DNA of 64,000 nt from an uncultured Haloferula sp. (GTDB lineage: Bacteria; Verrucomicrobiota; Verrucomicrobiia; Verrucomicrobiales; Akkermansiaceae): the NCBI GenBank assembly GCA_965652295.1, contig CBFGTS010000006.1, positions 64,001-128,000 on the forward strand. Reading direction: 5' to 3'. Below are positions 11,001 through 25,137 of the stretch, in pieces. The number at the start of each line of letters is the position of its first letter. Within the stretch, counting starts at the first letter, position 1. The position numbers and the translations under genes are program-made. The notes beneath the pieces are model-generated. The model was given only the letters and a program-made list of their open reading frames with translations, was not told where the DNA came from and ran no database searches.

Positions 11001-11582
11001 TCCCTCCGCTCCGTCCAATCTCACCGTGGGCACTTCGACCCGCGCCTCCCGCCGGTCTCCGATCGTTCCTTCCCCCACCAATTCGATGCCCTCCTCCGCT
11101 GCCCCATCAGGAGACTCCTCATCCTCGACTGCCAGCGTTTCCCCGGAAACCAGCCACGAACGGAAGTCCGGGTCAGGGCGCTGCGCGAACTCGTCTCCCC
11201 AGGAATCGTAGACCCCCGTCCAGTGACGTCGACCTTCCACCGCCGAAGGAGAATCCCCGTCGGCCGAGTCGGAGCGCTGGTCGGAGGAAACCGTGATCCG
11301 TCGATCGGGGCCGACATGCTTTTGAAGTTGCCCGATCGCCATCATCAATGCCATTCGCGCATTTGATCTGGCCTCGGCCAAATCCCCGTTCGCACTCGAG
11401 TTCCGCAGGGAAATGGTGGACAGAGACAGCAGCCCCACACCGAGAAGGGTGAGGAGAACGGTCAACGAAATCACGATGATCAAGGCAAATCCTCGGGCCG
11501 CGTATGGACGCGCCGTCCTTGGGTCAGCAGGCTTCGCCCCGGGCGCACCGATGGCGGGTGATTCGGGTTTTTTCGCTATCAT
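8064..11582 (-). CDS. Very large PilX/GspK-like prepilin protein (Verru_Chthon cassette A-like)
   Basis: Prepilin site RG|FALIIVISLTVLLTLLGVGLL lacking Glu5; ARSNARMALMMAIGQLQ, FNVNSTSVEAW, RGPFLSLADFVNR, VRSDTFVIRAYG and FGRRF motifs. Confidence 0.8.
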   Translation of the reverse strand: MIAKKPESPAIGAPGAKPADPRTARPYAARGFALIIVISLTVLLTLLGVGLLSLSTISLRNSSANGDLAEARSNARMALMMAIGQLQKHVGPDRRITVSSDQRSDSADGDSPSAVEGRRHWTGVYDSWGDEFAQRPDPDFRSWLVSGETLAVEDEESPDGAAEEGIELVGEGTIGDRREARVEVPTVRLDGAEGPRIAWWVGDQGLKASVTAPETERPEVKSLARNQLQGTPRDAVELAEAIGEQPFSDLAPYDPRLAKVTGWKQAGLLASSPAEAGPLFHDLAGHSTGLLVDVRRGGFRKDLSMELERSVGASSKEALYEVNREDGVNFEELTAFYQLHSDLSEGPGPQYTTGGRIGADTPYLQLPVNAAQAQRDDFYYFKQPVVLSYQLILSFEARRVTASNGQTVNRLHLVGDPVITLWNPLDVPVVLPRNNIFSVKYWQVPYDLYLEVGAGAPRRCPLISTLSGGKITANSDNNYLSLVIGRSEQLVMKPGEVVRFSQNRPTIVNANNQTNHNLLAGAGFHYEGGVSLPLRDLNGNPIDLAGNSVVRYTARANDLTAGATSRSGRSLAGGPAHTRHFSMTHHEFYMGEDRGANSLGVGGIYIDYDFGNKRAARRQTRGEGTPGTKNPRERLYANRLPDVFPPLTAGQARPLSLSQLLSDKAPFMVFSFEAKTEVDAQMGTRILSRFNPKAHHVDFYDMSEQERAILPYEYRVQPIISWKEGKIEVDEQGRSYYGGGLTAETGTNTIITHSVPREPIVSLGALQHSFANGFITQRPPYGYAALSAREPLLPQIAHAIGNSMAPPMMDSSETEGSLPGGRPMADHSYLANLALWDEWFFSGIAPQTGPGFAGSRSQREVAEEFFSGDANLPVVRYRPNLGNEDATSVVGDLISGTQPNDDATFLVASLLKVDGMFNVNSTSVEAWKSLLGGLREQPVVVQDMDGKERVTAGEEVPVSGLLTPQDELCDGSNNLDLTEPSQWVGRRELSEDEIESLAYAIVREVRKRGPFLSLADFVNRRPGSDEDFARCGAIQSALDSDEVGINSGFNRGSRSVDRSAASVFAFSEAEEGPKAFGAPGLVKQADILTPIAPLLSVRSDTFVIRAYGESLAKNGKVVARAWCEATVERQKDYLDPTDEPETELDDLRGEASKDFGRRFTMTSFRWLHPDEV

Positions 11583-11874
11583 GGGTTTTACGCGAGGTTA
11601 CCGGGAACTCGCGCCGATCCCCCGCGGGCTACGGGAGACGAACGCGAACGATCCGACCACTAGTCGTATCATGGCACTTAAGGGAACATCCGGTGCCCTT
11701 CACAACCATCCTCGTGCGTATAGTTTATTCTGATTTGCGCAGTTCCTTGTCGCAGCAGGGAAAAAGCCGACATACGAAGTAAAGACATCTCCAGGAGCCA
11801 AGCGACCCACTCGAAGAGGCCGATCTTCTCCGACACCTTGACTTCCCCCACCTCCCCGTCACTATTCCCCGAAA

Positions 11875-14085
<2,211 letters not shown>

Positions 14086-14098
14086 CAATGATCATTTG

Positions 14099-14358
14099 AT
14101 GGTTTTCGACCGCCTTTTGCTCTCCCATGGACGGCGACGGCATTCTCGGGCAAAGGCGTCCGGAAATGCGGCGGTCGCTGGAATTCGCCCGGAACCCATA
14201 GAAAACGGGTGGCTGGACCGTGGGCAGTCGCTCGTTCTCCGCGTCCCCTCGGGCTCGCTCCCGAGGAGCCGAATTACGTTCTGAACCCCCAGCATCCGGA
14301 TTTTTCCAAGCTCGTTCTTGGCGAGGGCAAGGTGTTCCATTTCGATTCCCGGCTCTGA
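14099..14358 (+). pseudogene. Decayed RES-domain toxin gene (frameshifts and internal deletion)
   Basis: Fragments in different frames read TATAFSGKGVRKCGGRWNSPGT, WLDRGQSLVLRVPS and PEEPNYVLNPQHPDF...FHFDSRL*, matching the N- and C-terminal RES motifs. Confidence 0.8.
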
Positions 14359-14361
14359 ACC

Positions 14362-14820
14362 ATGTCAGCCAAAGCCCATCTCATCCGGCACGTGCGCGAG
14401 GCGCTGGCCGAGCGCTTCGCGAAAATGGAAGCCGCCGCCCGCGACGCCCACGCCGCAGCCAGCGATCCGGACTCCAAGGCGGAATCGAAGTACGACACCC
14501 GTAGTTTGGAGGCCTCCTATCTTGCCGCCGGCCAGGCCCAGCAAGTGAGCGAGATGGCGGGAGCGGTCGCGCGCTTCAGTAATTTCGAAGCCCGGGATTT
14601 CGATCTGACCGATGCCATCGAAACCGGTGCCCTCGTCGAGGTGACCGGTGAGGAGGATTCCGCCTGGTATCTGCTCGCTCCGGCGGCCGGGGGACTGACC
14701 GTGGACTACGATGGCCTCGAAATCACCGTCCTGACACCGGCGAGTCGGCTCTATCAGGCCTTGCTCGGCAAGACCCTCGGCGACGAGGTGGACGAAGGAT
14801 TCGTCACCGAGCTGCGGTGA
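14362..14820 (+). CDS. Short GreA/GreB-family protein
   Basis: N-terminal helical hairpin (KAESKYDTRSLEASYLA) and a GreA-like C-domain (GALVEV...ITVLTPASRLYQALLGKTLGDEV). Confidence 0.8.
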   Translation: MSAKAHLIRHVREALAERFAKMEAAARDAHAAASDPDSKAESKYDTRSLEASYLAAGQAQQVSEMAGAVARFSNFEARDFDLTDAIETGALVEVTGEEDSAWYLLAPAAGGLTVDYDGLEITVLTPASRLYQALLGKTLGDEVDEGFVTELR

Positions 14821-14823
14821 ACC

Positions 14824-15147
14824 TCAGGGGTTCACCTTCTTCACGAAGCAGGCCTTCAGGGCGATGGCCATGTTGTCCATGCGGCAGGAAATCTCGTGGT
14901 CGCCCTCGACGAGGCGGATCGGCTTGGATTTGGTGCCGCTTTTCAAAACCTCAGAGGAGCCCTTGAGTTTCAGGTCCTTGATCATTGCGACGATGTCTCC
15001 ATCGGCCAGCACGTTGCCATAGGCGTCTTTCACCACCCGCGCCTCTTCGGGCTTCTCCCACTCGTGGCCGCAGGTCAGGCATTCGAACTTGTTCTCGTGC
15101 GCGATGACTTCATCCATCGTGCAAAGCGGGCATGCGGGGTGACTCAT
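14824..15147 (-). CDS. PhnA/YjdM zinc-ribbon protein
   Basis: CPLC...CLTCGHEW, VKDAYGNVLADGD and IKDLKLKGSS; start at ATG 15147. Confidence 0.9.
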   Translation of the reverse strand: MSHPACPLCTMDEVIAHENKFECLTCGHEWEKPEEARVVKDAYGNVLADGDIVAMIKDLKLKGSSEVLKSGTKSKPIRLVEGDHEISCRMDNMAIALKACFVKKVNP

Positions 15148-15335
15148 GGGCAGGAAGAAGAGGGAAAGATCCCACCCATGGCAAGAGCCCGCATCCGCTG
15201 TCAGTGGCATGATCGTCCCGATCATGAACGAACGGGCATGAACCATGCCTTGAGCAGTTCGACTCTTCGACAAGAACCGACACTCCGGACCCCGCCGGCC
15301 GCGGGACCACCGATAGGCGATCCACAACCGCCACG

Positions 15336-15363
15336 AAAAAGGCGGGGCATGCGCCCCGCCTTT
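15336..15363 (-). terminator. Rho-independent terminator after eno (possibly bidirectional)
   Basis: AAAAAGGCGGGGC-ATGC-GCCCCGCCTTT hairpin with a U-tract on the minus strand. Confidence 0.8.
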
Positions 15364-15387
15364 GAAAAGCAGTGTTGCGGCCGCGGC

Positions 15388-18538
<3,151 letters not shown>

Positions 18539-18612
18539 CGCGGGAGAACGTGAGAAGACCGCCCGCAAAACGCAAGGCCCTTCCCATCGAAAGCTCCCGG
18601 GGCGTGTCAGCG

Positions 18613-19359
18613 CTACTCGCGGGCAGCGGGCACGACCACCCGCGGACGCGGTCGGCGGCTCCAGTGACGGTCTTCGGTGCGGTTGAGCCCGCGGATCAGA
18701 GCCTCCACCGAGGAGCGCCAGGCGGGTGGTACGGCCGCACCCTCGCCACGAACAGGGCCTTCGTAAATAACGTGGGCGTCGGCATCCCGGATCACCACCA
18801 CGAATCCTTCCTCTTCCTTCGTCAGCCGCGCGGTGCTTCCATCCTCGCGCGAAACCTCTGCCACGCTCGACTGCGGATAAACGACCGTCTTCGGCATCCC
18901 GGGCACACCCGGAGGGACCAGCGTGACATCCATCGGGGAAACAGGAGCTTCGAGCTGCATTTCCGGCATTTCCTCCAACGTCAGCTCCAGCGTCACCTTC
19001 TCGCCGGAACGCATCACCGCGAGCTTCACCGTGTCGCTTTTCCCATACATCCGCAGCAAGGTCGCGAACTGCGCCTCGTTCACCAGCAGCTGGTCATCGA
19101 GCATCCACACGATGTCATACGGCTTCACGCCGGCTTCCGCCGCGGGACCGCCCGGGAAAACCTTCTCGACCAAAAATCCGATGCCCTCCGGCAGCCCGGG
19201 CGCGTGCGCACGCATCTCCGGAGCCAGCGGGCTCACGGAAAAACCGACCCACACGTGACGAGCCGGCTGCGCCGGCGCGGCCTCCTTCTCCTCGGCGGAG
19301 ACAGGAGCCACGGCGATCAGCGCGACGATAGGAAGAAGAAGGTGGAAAAGCGTCTTCAT
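18613..19359 (-). CDS. Secreted PDZ-domain protein
   Basis: Signal peptide; WVGFSV...GFLVEKVFPGGPAAEAGVKPYDIV (HtrA-type PDZ) with no protease domain. Confidence 0.82.
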   Translation of the reverse strand: MKTLFHLLLPIVALIAVAPVSAEEKEAAPAQPARHVWVGFSVSPLAPEMRAHAPGLPEGIGFLVEKVFPGGPAAEAGVKPYDIVWMLDDQLLVNEAQFATLLRMYGKSDTVKLAVMRSGEKVTLELTLEEMPEMQLEAPVSPMDVTLVPPGVPGMPKTVVYPQSSVAEVSREDGSTARLTKEEEGFVVVIRDADAHVIYEGPVRGEGAAVPPAWRSSVEALIRGLNRTEDRHWSRRPRPRVVVPAARE

Positions 19360-19361
19360 CG

Positions 19362-19811
19362 TCAAAACGTGTTCACCGGCAACATCACCCACTCCTCGCG
19401 CGGGTGCAGCACCCTCACGGTCTGCCCCGTGGCTTCGTCGTGAAAGCGTTCCTCGTTCACCACCTTCACGTGCCACCCTTGGAGGAGCGAGCCGTTCTCG
19501 TCCAACCACTCACCATCCCGCTCGGCGGAAACCACGCCTTCGCTGGAGGAAACCAGCTGCATGGCAGGAACCACCGCCCGATCCGCCACCTCCGGCGCAT
19601 CCGGCTCCGGCAAGGTATGCCAGGCCAATGCCGCCGCACCCGTGACCGCGGCGGCCATTCCCGAAATCCTCCACCACGGCCACCTTCTCGTCTCCTCCAC
19701 CCCGGCCAGGGAGTCGATCATGGCGTCCATTTCCCGAGCACCGCGGTCGGTGAAACCGCGGGGAACCAGCGATTCGCGGAGCATTTGCTCGATACGATCC
19801 ACCTCATCCAT
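19362..19811 (-). CDS. Putative single-pass anti-sigma factor
   Basis: Overlaps the ECF sigma stop; short cytoplasmic N-terminus, TM segment ISGMAAAVTGAAALAW, small C-domain. Confidence 0.65.
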   Translation of the reverse strand: MDEVDRIEQMLRESLVPRGFTDRGAREMDAMIDSLAGVEETRRWPWWRISGMAAAVTGAAALAWHTLPEPDAPEVADRAVVPAMQLVSSSEGVVSAERDGEWLDENGSLLQGWHVKVVNEERFHDEATGQTVRVLHPREEWVMLPVNTF

Positions 19812-20328
19812 GGCCGGCCTCCTTCGTGCGTTGCATTTTTTGCGCGAGCTGCTCCAGCGCGTAGCGGTAGCGCGAGGCGGCCGTGTTCGGCGAAATCGCC
19901 AGAGCTTCCGAGATTTCCGCAAAGGTCAGGCCGCCCCAGATCTTCATTGTCACCACCTCGCGCAGCTTGTCGCTGAGCTTCGCCACCTCGTCGCGCAGGT
20001 GCTTCGCGTCCTCGTCGTCCTCCAGCGCGGGGTCGAGCCAGACGTCGTCAAAATCGTTGAGGTAGACCACCGACTCCTCGCGCTTGCGGCGACGCGTTTC
20101 CGAACGATGCCGGTTCAGCCCCGCAAAGCGGATCGTGGAAAACGCCAGTGGCAGGTCCGGCGGACGTCCGCCCTTTTCCTCCTGCACGGTCCACAACCGC
20201 ATCACCGCCTCCTGCACCAGGTCCTCCGCGTCCGCCTGGCAAGGAGCCCAAGACCGCGCGAAGGCGAGCAGCCGGTGACCGTTGTCGGCCATCCACTGCT
20301 TCCATTCGCGGGCGCGCTGCTTCCTCAT
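19804..20328 (-). CDS. ECF RNA polymerase sigma factor
   Basis: Region 2 DAEDLVQEA; region 4 LREVVTMKIWGGLTFAEISEALAISPNTAASRYRYA. Confidence 0.92.
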   Translation of the reverse strand: MRKQRAREWKQWMADNGHRLLAFARSWAPCQADAEDLVQEAVMRLWTVQEEKGGRPPDLPLAFSTIRFAGLNRHRSETRRRKREESVVYLNDFDDVWLDPALEDDEDAKHLRDEVAKLSDKLREVVTMKIWGGLTFAEISEALAISPNTAASRYRYALEQLAQKMQRTKEAGHG

Positions 20329-20455
20329 TCGTAGGGAAAATGCCGCCCGGACGTCCGTTTGTCTGCAAAATCTTTCGCCCCCCACCGGGGCAAATAAGCG
20401 CCGCCGGAAGGACCTTCCGACGGCGCTTGGATTTGGATTCCGGAAAAACCGCAAA

Positions 20456-23400
20456 TCACTCCACGAGGATCACCCTGAAGAACACCCGTGGCTGACCGTC
20501 GAATTCCTCGAATGCCGTCAGATCGATGTCCACGGCGGTCGTTCCTCCCGCCGCCACGATGTTCGGCTCAACCGGGATCCAGGTTTGCAGATCGACCGAG
20601 GCTTCCACCGTGTAGGTTTCACCAGAGGTGGACGAGAAGCTGAAGCTCGCGTTCGTGATCGGACTCCCCGTCAGCGCGAAGGCGGAGATGCGGAAGTCTG
20701 GATCGGTCGGAACCACTCCTCCTTGCTCCACCAGAGGAATACCACTCGTCGTCGACACCGTCGTCCCGGAGCCCTTGGTAAGGAGCGGGTAGTTGAAGGT
20801 GCGGTCGGCGGCCGATGCGCCGATCACTTCCCAGAACGATCCACCTCCGCCTTCATAGACGAGAGTCTGGATGCGATACTGACCCACTTCCAGATCCACG
20901 CTGACCAAAGTCCGGCTATTGCCGGTGCCCGTCTCGACTCTCACCGCATTGTTCACCGTGCTTCCCGGCGCCGTGGTCAGGGCGGCGATCGCGGGTAGGG
21001 CGGTGAATACAATCGAATCGATCGTCGGGTCCGTGGTTCCATTGTGACCGTAGATATACATGTAGCCCCCGTCGTCACCTTGGAAGCCGAGGTGATAGGT
21101 CCCAGCCTGCGTGATATCCAGGATCCCTGTTGCCCGCATCGCGTAGTCATTGTCTCCGGCAGGGGTGTTCAGCGGCCAGGGATTGGTCGGGGTGAACGAG
21201 CCCTCAGGTCCGTCCTCGGGATCCCGGAAGTCGAGGAAATCCCAAGTGCTGATCGCATTAGCTGGCTGGGGATCCATCGCAAGCGTCGCGTCGATTCGAG
21301 CCTCCGCACCAGCGATGGTGAAATCGAAGGTTCCTGAACTCGGCAGAGAACTTTCGACCGTCCAGCCCGGTTCGGCGATGCCTGGAACCAGCACCGTTCC
21401 CGGCGCTTGGTAGCCCACCAGTTGGAATCCGCCCGGGGGAGTGGTGGCATTGAGCCATATGCCGGGAGCGGCAGCGATTTCATAGTAGAACCACCCTCCA
21501 CCTTCCTGGTGGACGAATTCCACATCATACGAACCCACCTCGAGCTGCATGACGCCGCGTCCCTCGAAGGCACCGACCCCGTCGTTGTAGATCTCATTGA
21601 GATTCGACATCTGGAAGGTCACCGCGCCGGAGGCCGAGACCGCCGTCGGATCAGCAAGGCCATCGACACCCTTGAAGCGGAGCAGGAAGCCATCATCCCC
21701 CGCATAAGTAAAGGTGTAGGGACCCGCGCTCGTGATCTGGATGCGGCCTTTCGCCACTGTCACGACGTTGTCTTCCACCGCCGTCGTGTTTCCGGGAAAT
21801 GGCAGGTCACCCCCGACGAGTCCGAGGTTTCCGCCCCCTTCGGGATCCCGGTGGTTCAAGTAGGGTTCCTGGGAGTCGACCGTCAGCCCGTCCCCATCCG
21901 CCGGCGTGCGGGTGGTGGTCGTGAGAAAGGTGATCGCCTGCGGGAAATTTCCAACCAGAACGTCGCCGTTCTGCGCTTGGCGGTAGGTTCTCATGCCGAA
22001 CGCTCCATCCGTTCCCATGGGACCCGGAAACTCCGTGGCGAAGCGCGGGCGAAACTCCGGGACGCTCGGATCGTCGGGATCGCCAACGAGCTCCCAGGTA
22101 TTCGTTTGCTTGTCCTCGGTAAAGGTGCCTTCCGCCCACGCGACTTCATAGAAGCCGCCGCTCCCTCCATCCCAGCCGAGGTAGACGATGTCGTAGGTGC
22201 CCGCCGCGTCGAATTCATACGTGCCGCGGGAATTGGAATCACCGGTCCCGCCATCGCGGAAAAGCGTCTGCGGCTCCACCGGATCAATGTTGCCGTCGCC
22301 ACCGGTGGAAATGAAACGCCCGCCGCCCGCTCCGGAGACGCGCATCGCGAAGCCATCGTCGCTGTGGACGGAGAACGTGTAGGTCCCGGGCGCCGGAACC
22401 GACACCTGCGTTTTGCCGACCACCACGAAGTCCTCTCCCGTGCCCTGGACGTCGGTCAGGATCGGAAACTCATTGTTGAAATTGCCCACGGCATTCGCCC
22501 CATTGGTGTCGCCATCGGCGTGATTGAACACCGGCGCGCTGCCACTGACAGGCGGATCCACCGTCACCGTCGTGCCATTGACGACGTCAATCGCGTCCGC
22601 GATGTTCTGAGTGCCCGGAACCAGCCATTCCCGGATGCCCCAGGTCCCGACCGAGCCCGGCTCGCCATCGACTACGGACGGCAAGCGGTGACTCACGAAA
22701 CTCCCCGTAAGAAAGGCGGTAGCCCCGCCGCCGCTCCTCGGCACTTCGAGGTCATACAGATACTCGTTCGAAGGCAGCAGATCGACGTCGACCGTCACCA
22801 CCACCGTTCCCGCGTCGTCCGTCACGGTGATATCCCCTGGATCCACGGTGAAGAACGCCGCGGTTTCCGGATAGAGATCGATGACGAACTCACCGGCCGT
22901 ATCGATTGCGAAGCCGGGCGTGCTCTGCAGCCTGAACTCGATCTGGTTCGGCGAAAGGGCTTTCGCGGAATCCAGCACCGGGTCCTCGGCGTACGCCGTC
23001 AGCAGCTCCTCGGTGATGGTCGTCACATTGGCCGATTCGTCCGTATTGTAGAGCCGGATCTCGCCAATCCGTCCCGTCAGCCCGGCGTGGCCTTCGGTCG
23101 GAATCCTGCCGAATGCGATTTCCGCGCCGTTGCGCGCCGCGGTGCTGGCGGAAAGATCCTCGGCAACCTTCACTCCATTGACGTAGATCCTCTGCTCACC
23201 TGCGTTGTTCCAGGTAAAGACCGCAACCTGCAACTGGTTGAGCGGATAATCGCCACTGAAGATCGTCCGGTCGGGGCTGCCCGTGCCTGCATTGACCCGG
23301 GTGCCGTTCCAACCCAACGCCCAGTCAGGAACCGTCCCGCCCTGCTCCATGGTCACCAGACCGGACGAATTCCAAAAGTTCGCCCCGCTGGCTCCCGCGG

Positions 23401-23728
23401 CCGTCGGGATGAACGCCGTGACCACGGTCAAGGCCGTGGCCCCACCCAGAGGGTTGTCCGCTGGCGCGACCACGAAATGATCGCCGGCAGCAAAGTCCAC
23501 CGAGTTGTGCCCGTTGAACAAATCACTCTCCAGAAAAGGAAGGCCGCCCGCGATCGTGGCGGGAATGGCATCTCCCTCGGAAAGCCAGGTTTCACCTTCG
23601 ACATAGCTGTCGCCGATCCACCGGCCGACAAGATCGGCGCGGCTGGGTTGAGTCAATGCACAAGCAAGACACGTCGATACATACAAGAAATGTCGGCTAC
23701 TCCGACATTTCATGAGTGGGTTTCTCAT
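20456..23728 (-). CDS. Large secreted protein: LamG/ConA-like domain + three PA14-like domains + C-terminal motif
   Basis: LamG-like RIYVNG...GRIGEIRLYN; repeats GTYTFSVHSDDG, GPYTFTYAGDDG and GTYHLGFQGDDG; C-terminal YTVEASVDLQTW...FFRV. Confidence 0.8.
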   Translation of the reverse strand: MRNPLMKCRSSRHFLYVSTCLACALTQPSRADLVGRWIGDSYVEGETWLSEGDAIPATIAGGLPFLESDLFNGHNSVDFAAGDHFVVAPADNPLGGATALTVVTAFIPTAAGASGANFWNSSGLVTMEQGGTVPDWALGWNGTRVNAGTGSPDRTIFSGDYPLNQLQVAVFTWNNAGEQRIYVNGVKVAEDLSASTAARNGAEIAFGRIPTEGHAGLTGRIGEIRLYNTDESANVTTITEELLTAYAEDPVLDSAKALSPNQIEFRLQSTPGFAIDTAGEFVIDLYPETAAFFTVDPGDITVTDDAGTVVVTVDVDLLPSNEYLYDLEVPRSGGGATAFLTGSFVSHRLPSVVDGEPGSVGTWGIREWLVPGTQNIADAIDVVNGTTVTVDPPVSGSAPVFNHADGDTNGANAVGNFNNEFPILTDVQGTGEDFVVVGKTQVSVPAPGTYTFSVHSDDGFAMRVSGAGGGRFISTGGDGNIDPVEPQTLFRDGGTGDSNSRGTYEFDAAGTYDIVYLGWDGGSGGFYEVAWAEGTFTEDKQTNTWELVGDPDDPSVPEFRPRFATEFPGPMGTDGAFGMRTYRQAQNGDVLVGNFPQAITFLTTTTRTPADGDGLTVDSQEPYLNHRDPEGGGNLGLVGGDLPFPGNTTAVEDNVVTVAKGRIQITSAGPYTFTYAGDDGFLLRFKGVDGLADPTAVSASGAVTFQMSNLNEIYNDGVGAFEGRGVMQLEVGSYDVEFVHQEGGGWFYYEIAAAPGIWLNATTPPGGFQLVGYQAPGTVLVPGIAEPGWTVESSLPSSGTFDFTIAGAEARIDATLAMDPQPANAISTWDFLDFRDPEDGPEGSFTPTNPWPLNTPAGDNDYAMRATGILDITQAGTYHLGFQGDDGGYMYIYGHNGTTDPTIDSIVFTALPAIAALTTAPGSTVNNAVRVETGTGNSRTLVSVDLEVGQYRIQTLVYEGGGGSFWEVIGASAADRTFNYPLLTKGSGTTVSTTSGIPLVEQGGVVPTDPDFRISAFALTGSPITNASFSFSSTSGETYTVEASVDLQTWIPVEPNIVAAGGTTAVDIDLTAFEEFDGQPRVFFRVILVE

Positions 23729-24009
23729 GGGTTTTTGGGTTGATTTTGGGTTGTAAATATCTCGCCCGGCTTCTCGCAAAAAGAAGGAGCCAGGCCAGAT
23801 AGATTTCAGCATCCGAGCTTGAATGACGCTTCCTCGTCAAGCCGGAACTTCCCGCCCCAAAAAAAGCAGAATCAGCTCCACCCCGGACCCGGCCTCCTCG
23901 ACCTCTCCACCATTTCATACAGGAAAGGTTTCCTTTGCGGCAACGGTTCCGTCATCATCCAGATGTCAACTCCGCCCGCTACAGTATCGTGGGTCGCTTG
24001 CTTGTTCGA

Positions 24010-24459
24010 ATGATGATCACCCGTCTTCTCGCCATGATCCTCGCGCCCGCGGCCGCTCTGTGGTCGCGGGTCCGGGAAACCGGAATCCTGCGGCGGGGAA
24101 AGCCCCTTCCCACGGAGGCGCTCGCCTTCGCCCGGATGCTTGGAATTGCCTCCCCGGAGACGATCCGGGTCGAGGTGGTCGACGAAGTCCCACTGCCTCT
24201 CCCGCGCTTCCTGGCGCGGGCGGCGCGCGCCGTCGGCCTTCCCGTAATGACAGCCGCCGGCATGTCTCTCGGCCGGGGCATCTGCGTGCGATCGCTCGAT
24301 CCCCGGCTTCTCCGGCATGAACTCGTGCACGCCCTTCAATACCAGCGCCTCGGCGGCCACCGGGCCTTCATGCGCCGGTACGTGGCGGAGTGTCTCTCCC
24401 ACGGCTACGACGCCGCGCCGCTGGAAATCGAGGCCCGTGAGAAGTCGGCGGCTCCATAG
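24010..24459 (+). CDS. Small HExxH zincin-like protein (DUF4157-like)
   Basis: GMSLGRGI, LLRHELVHALQY and YDAAPLEIEAR. Confidence 0.75.
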   Translation: MMITRLLAMILAPAAALWSRVRETGILRRGKPLPTEALAFARMLGIASPETIRVEVVDEVPLPLPRFLARAARAVGLPVMTAAGMSLGRGICVRSLDPRLLRHELVHALQYQRLGGHRAFMRRYVAECLSHGYDAAPLEIEAREKSAAP

Positions 24460-24578
24460 AGAGCCCTCTTCATCCCGGCCGCGCAACCTTCCTCCGCCGC
24501 ACGGGTTGCATGTCCCAGAAGCGTGCGGCCGCCGTCTTCGGAATCACAAATATCGAAACGGACACAACTCTGACCACC

Positions 24579-25076
24579 ATGAAAACCATTCCATTCCTCA
24601 CCACCCTCACCCTCCTCACGGCGGGTACCGCCCTCTGCCAAGCGCAGGATACCCCACCCGACGGTCCCCGCGGAGGCGGAGAGCGCCGCGGCGTGCCACC
24701 CCAGGTCCTGGAACGCTTTGATACCGACGGTGACGGCAAACTCAGCCAGGACGAACGCAAGGCCATGCGCGAGGAGCGCCAGGCCCAGCGCAAGAAGATG
24801 ATGGAGAAATACGACACCGACGGTGACGGCAAGCTCAGCGAGGACGAGCGCAAGGCATTTCGTGAAGACATGCAGAAACGTCACAATGAACTCCTTGAGA
24901 AATACGATGCCGACAAGGACGGCCGCCTGAGCCCGGAAGAGCGCAAGGCCGCCGCGGATGCCGGTGAAGAACTGCCGATGTTCCGCCGTGGACCACGCGG
25001 TGGCGATCGCCCCGGTCCCCGGCCGGATCGCGAAGGCCCGCCACCCGCTCCGGAAGACGAAGCCGGCGACGAATAA
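24579..25076 (+). CDS. Secreted EF-hand protein
   Basis: Signal peptide and three EF loops DTDGDGKLSQDE, DTDGDGKLSEDE and DADKDGRLSPEE. Confidence 0.88.
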   Translation: MKTIPFLTTLTLLTAGTALCQAQDTPPDGPRGGGERRGVPPQVLERFDTDGDGKLSQDERKAMREERQAQRKKMMEKYDTDGDGKLSEDERKAFREDMQKRHNELLEKYDADKDGRLSPEERKAAADAGEELPMFRRGPRGGDRPGPRPDREGPPPAPEDEAGDE

Positions 25077-25103
25077 GGCGCCCCTTCATCACCCGATTTC
25101 CCC

Positions 25104-25132
25104 ACGGCCCGGTTTTACCACCGGGCCGTTTC
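25104..25132 (+). terminator. Hairpin terminator between convergent genes
   Basis: ACGGCCCGGT-TTTACC-ACCGGGCCGT perfect 10-bp stem followed by a short T run. Confidence 0.65.
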
Positions 25133-25137
25133 GCGTT

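Noticed and set aside
11838..11866. Sigma70 promoter for the thiC leader (TTGACT...CACTAT)
   Set aside because: Good -35 but poor -10 match; plausible yet not supportable enough to list as a feature.
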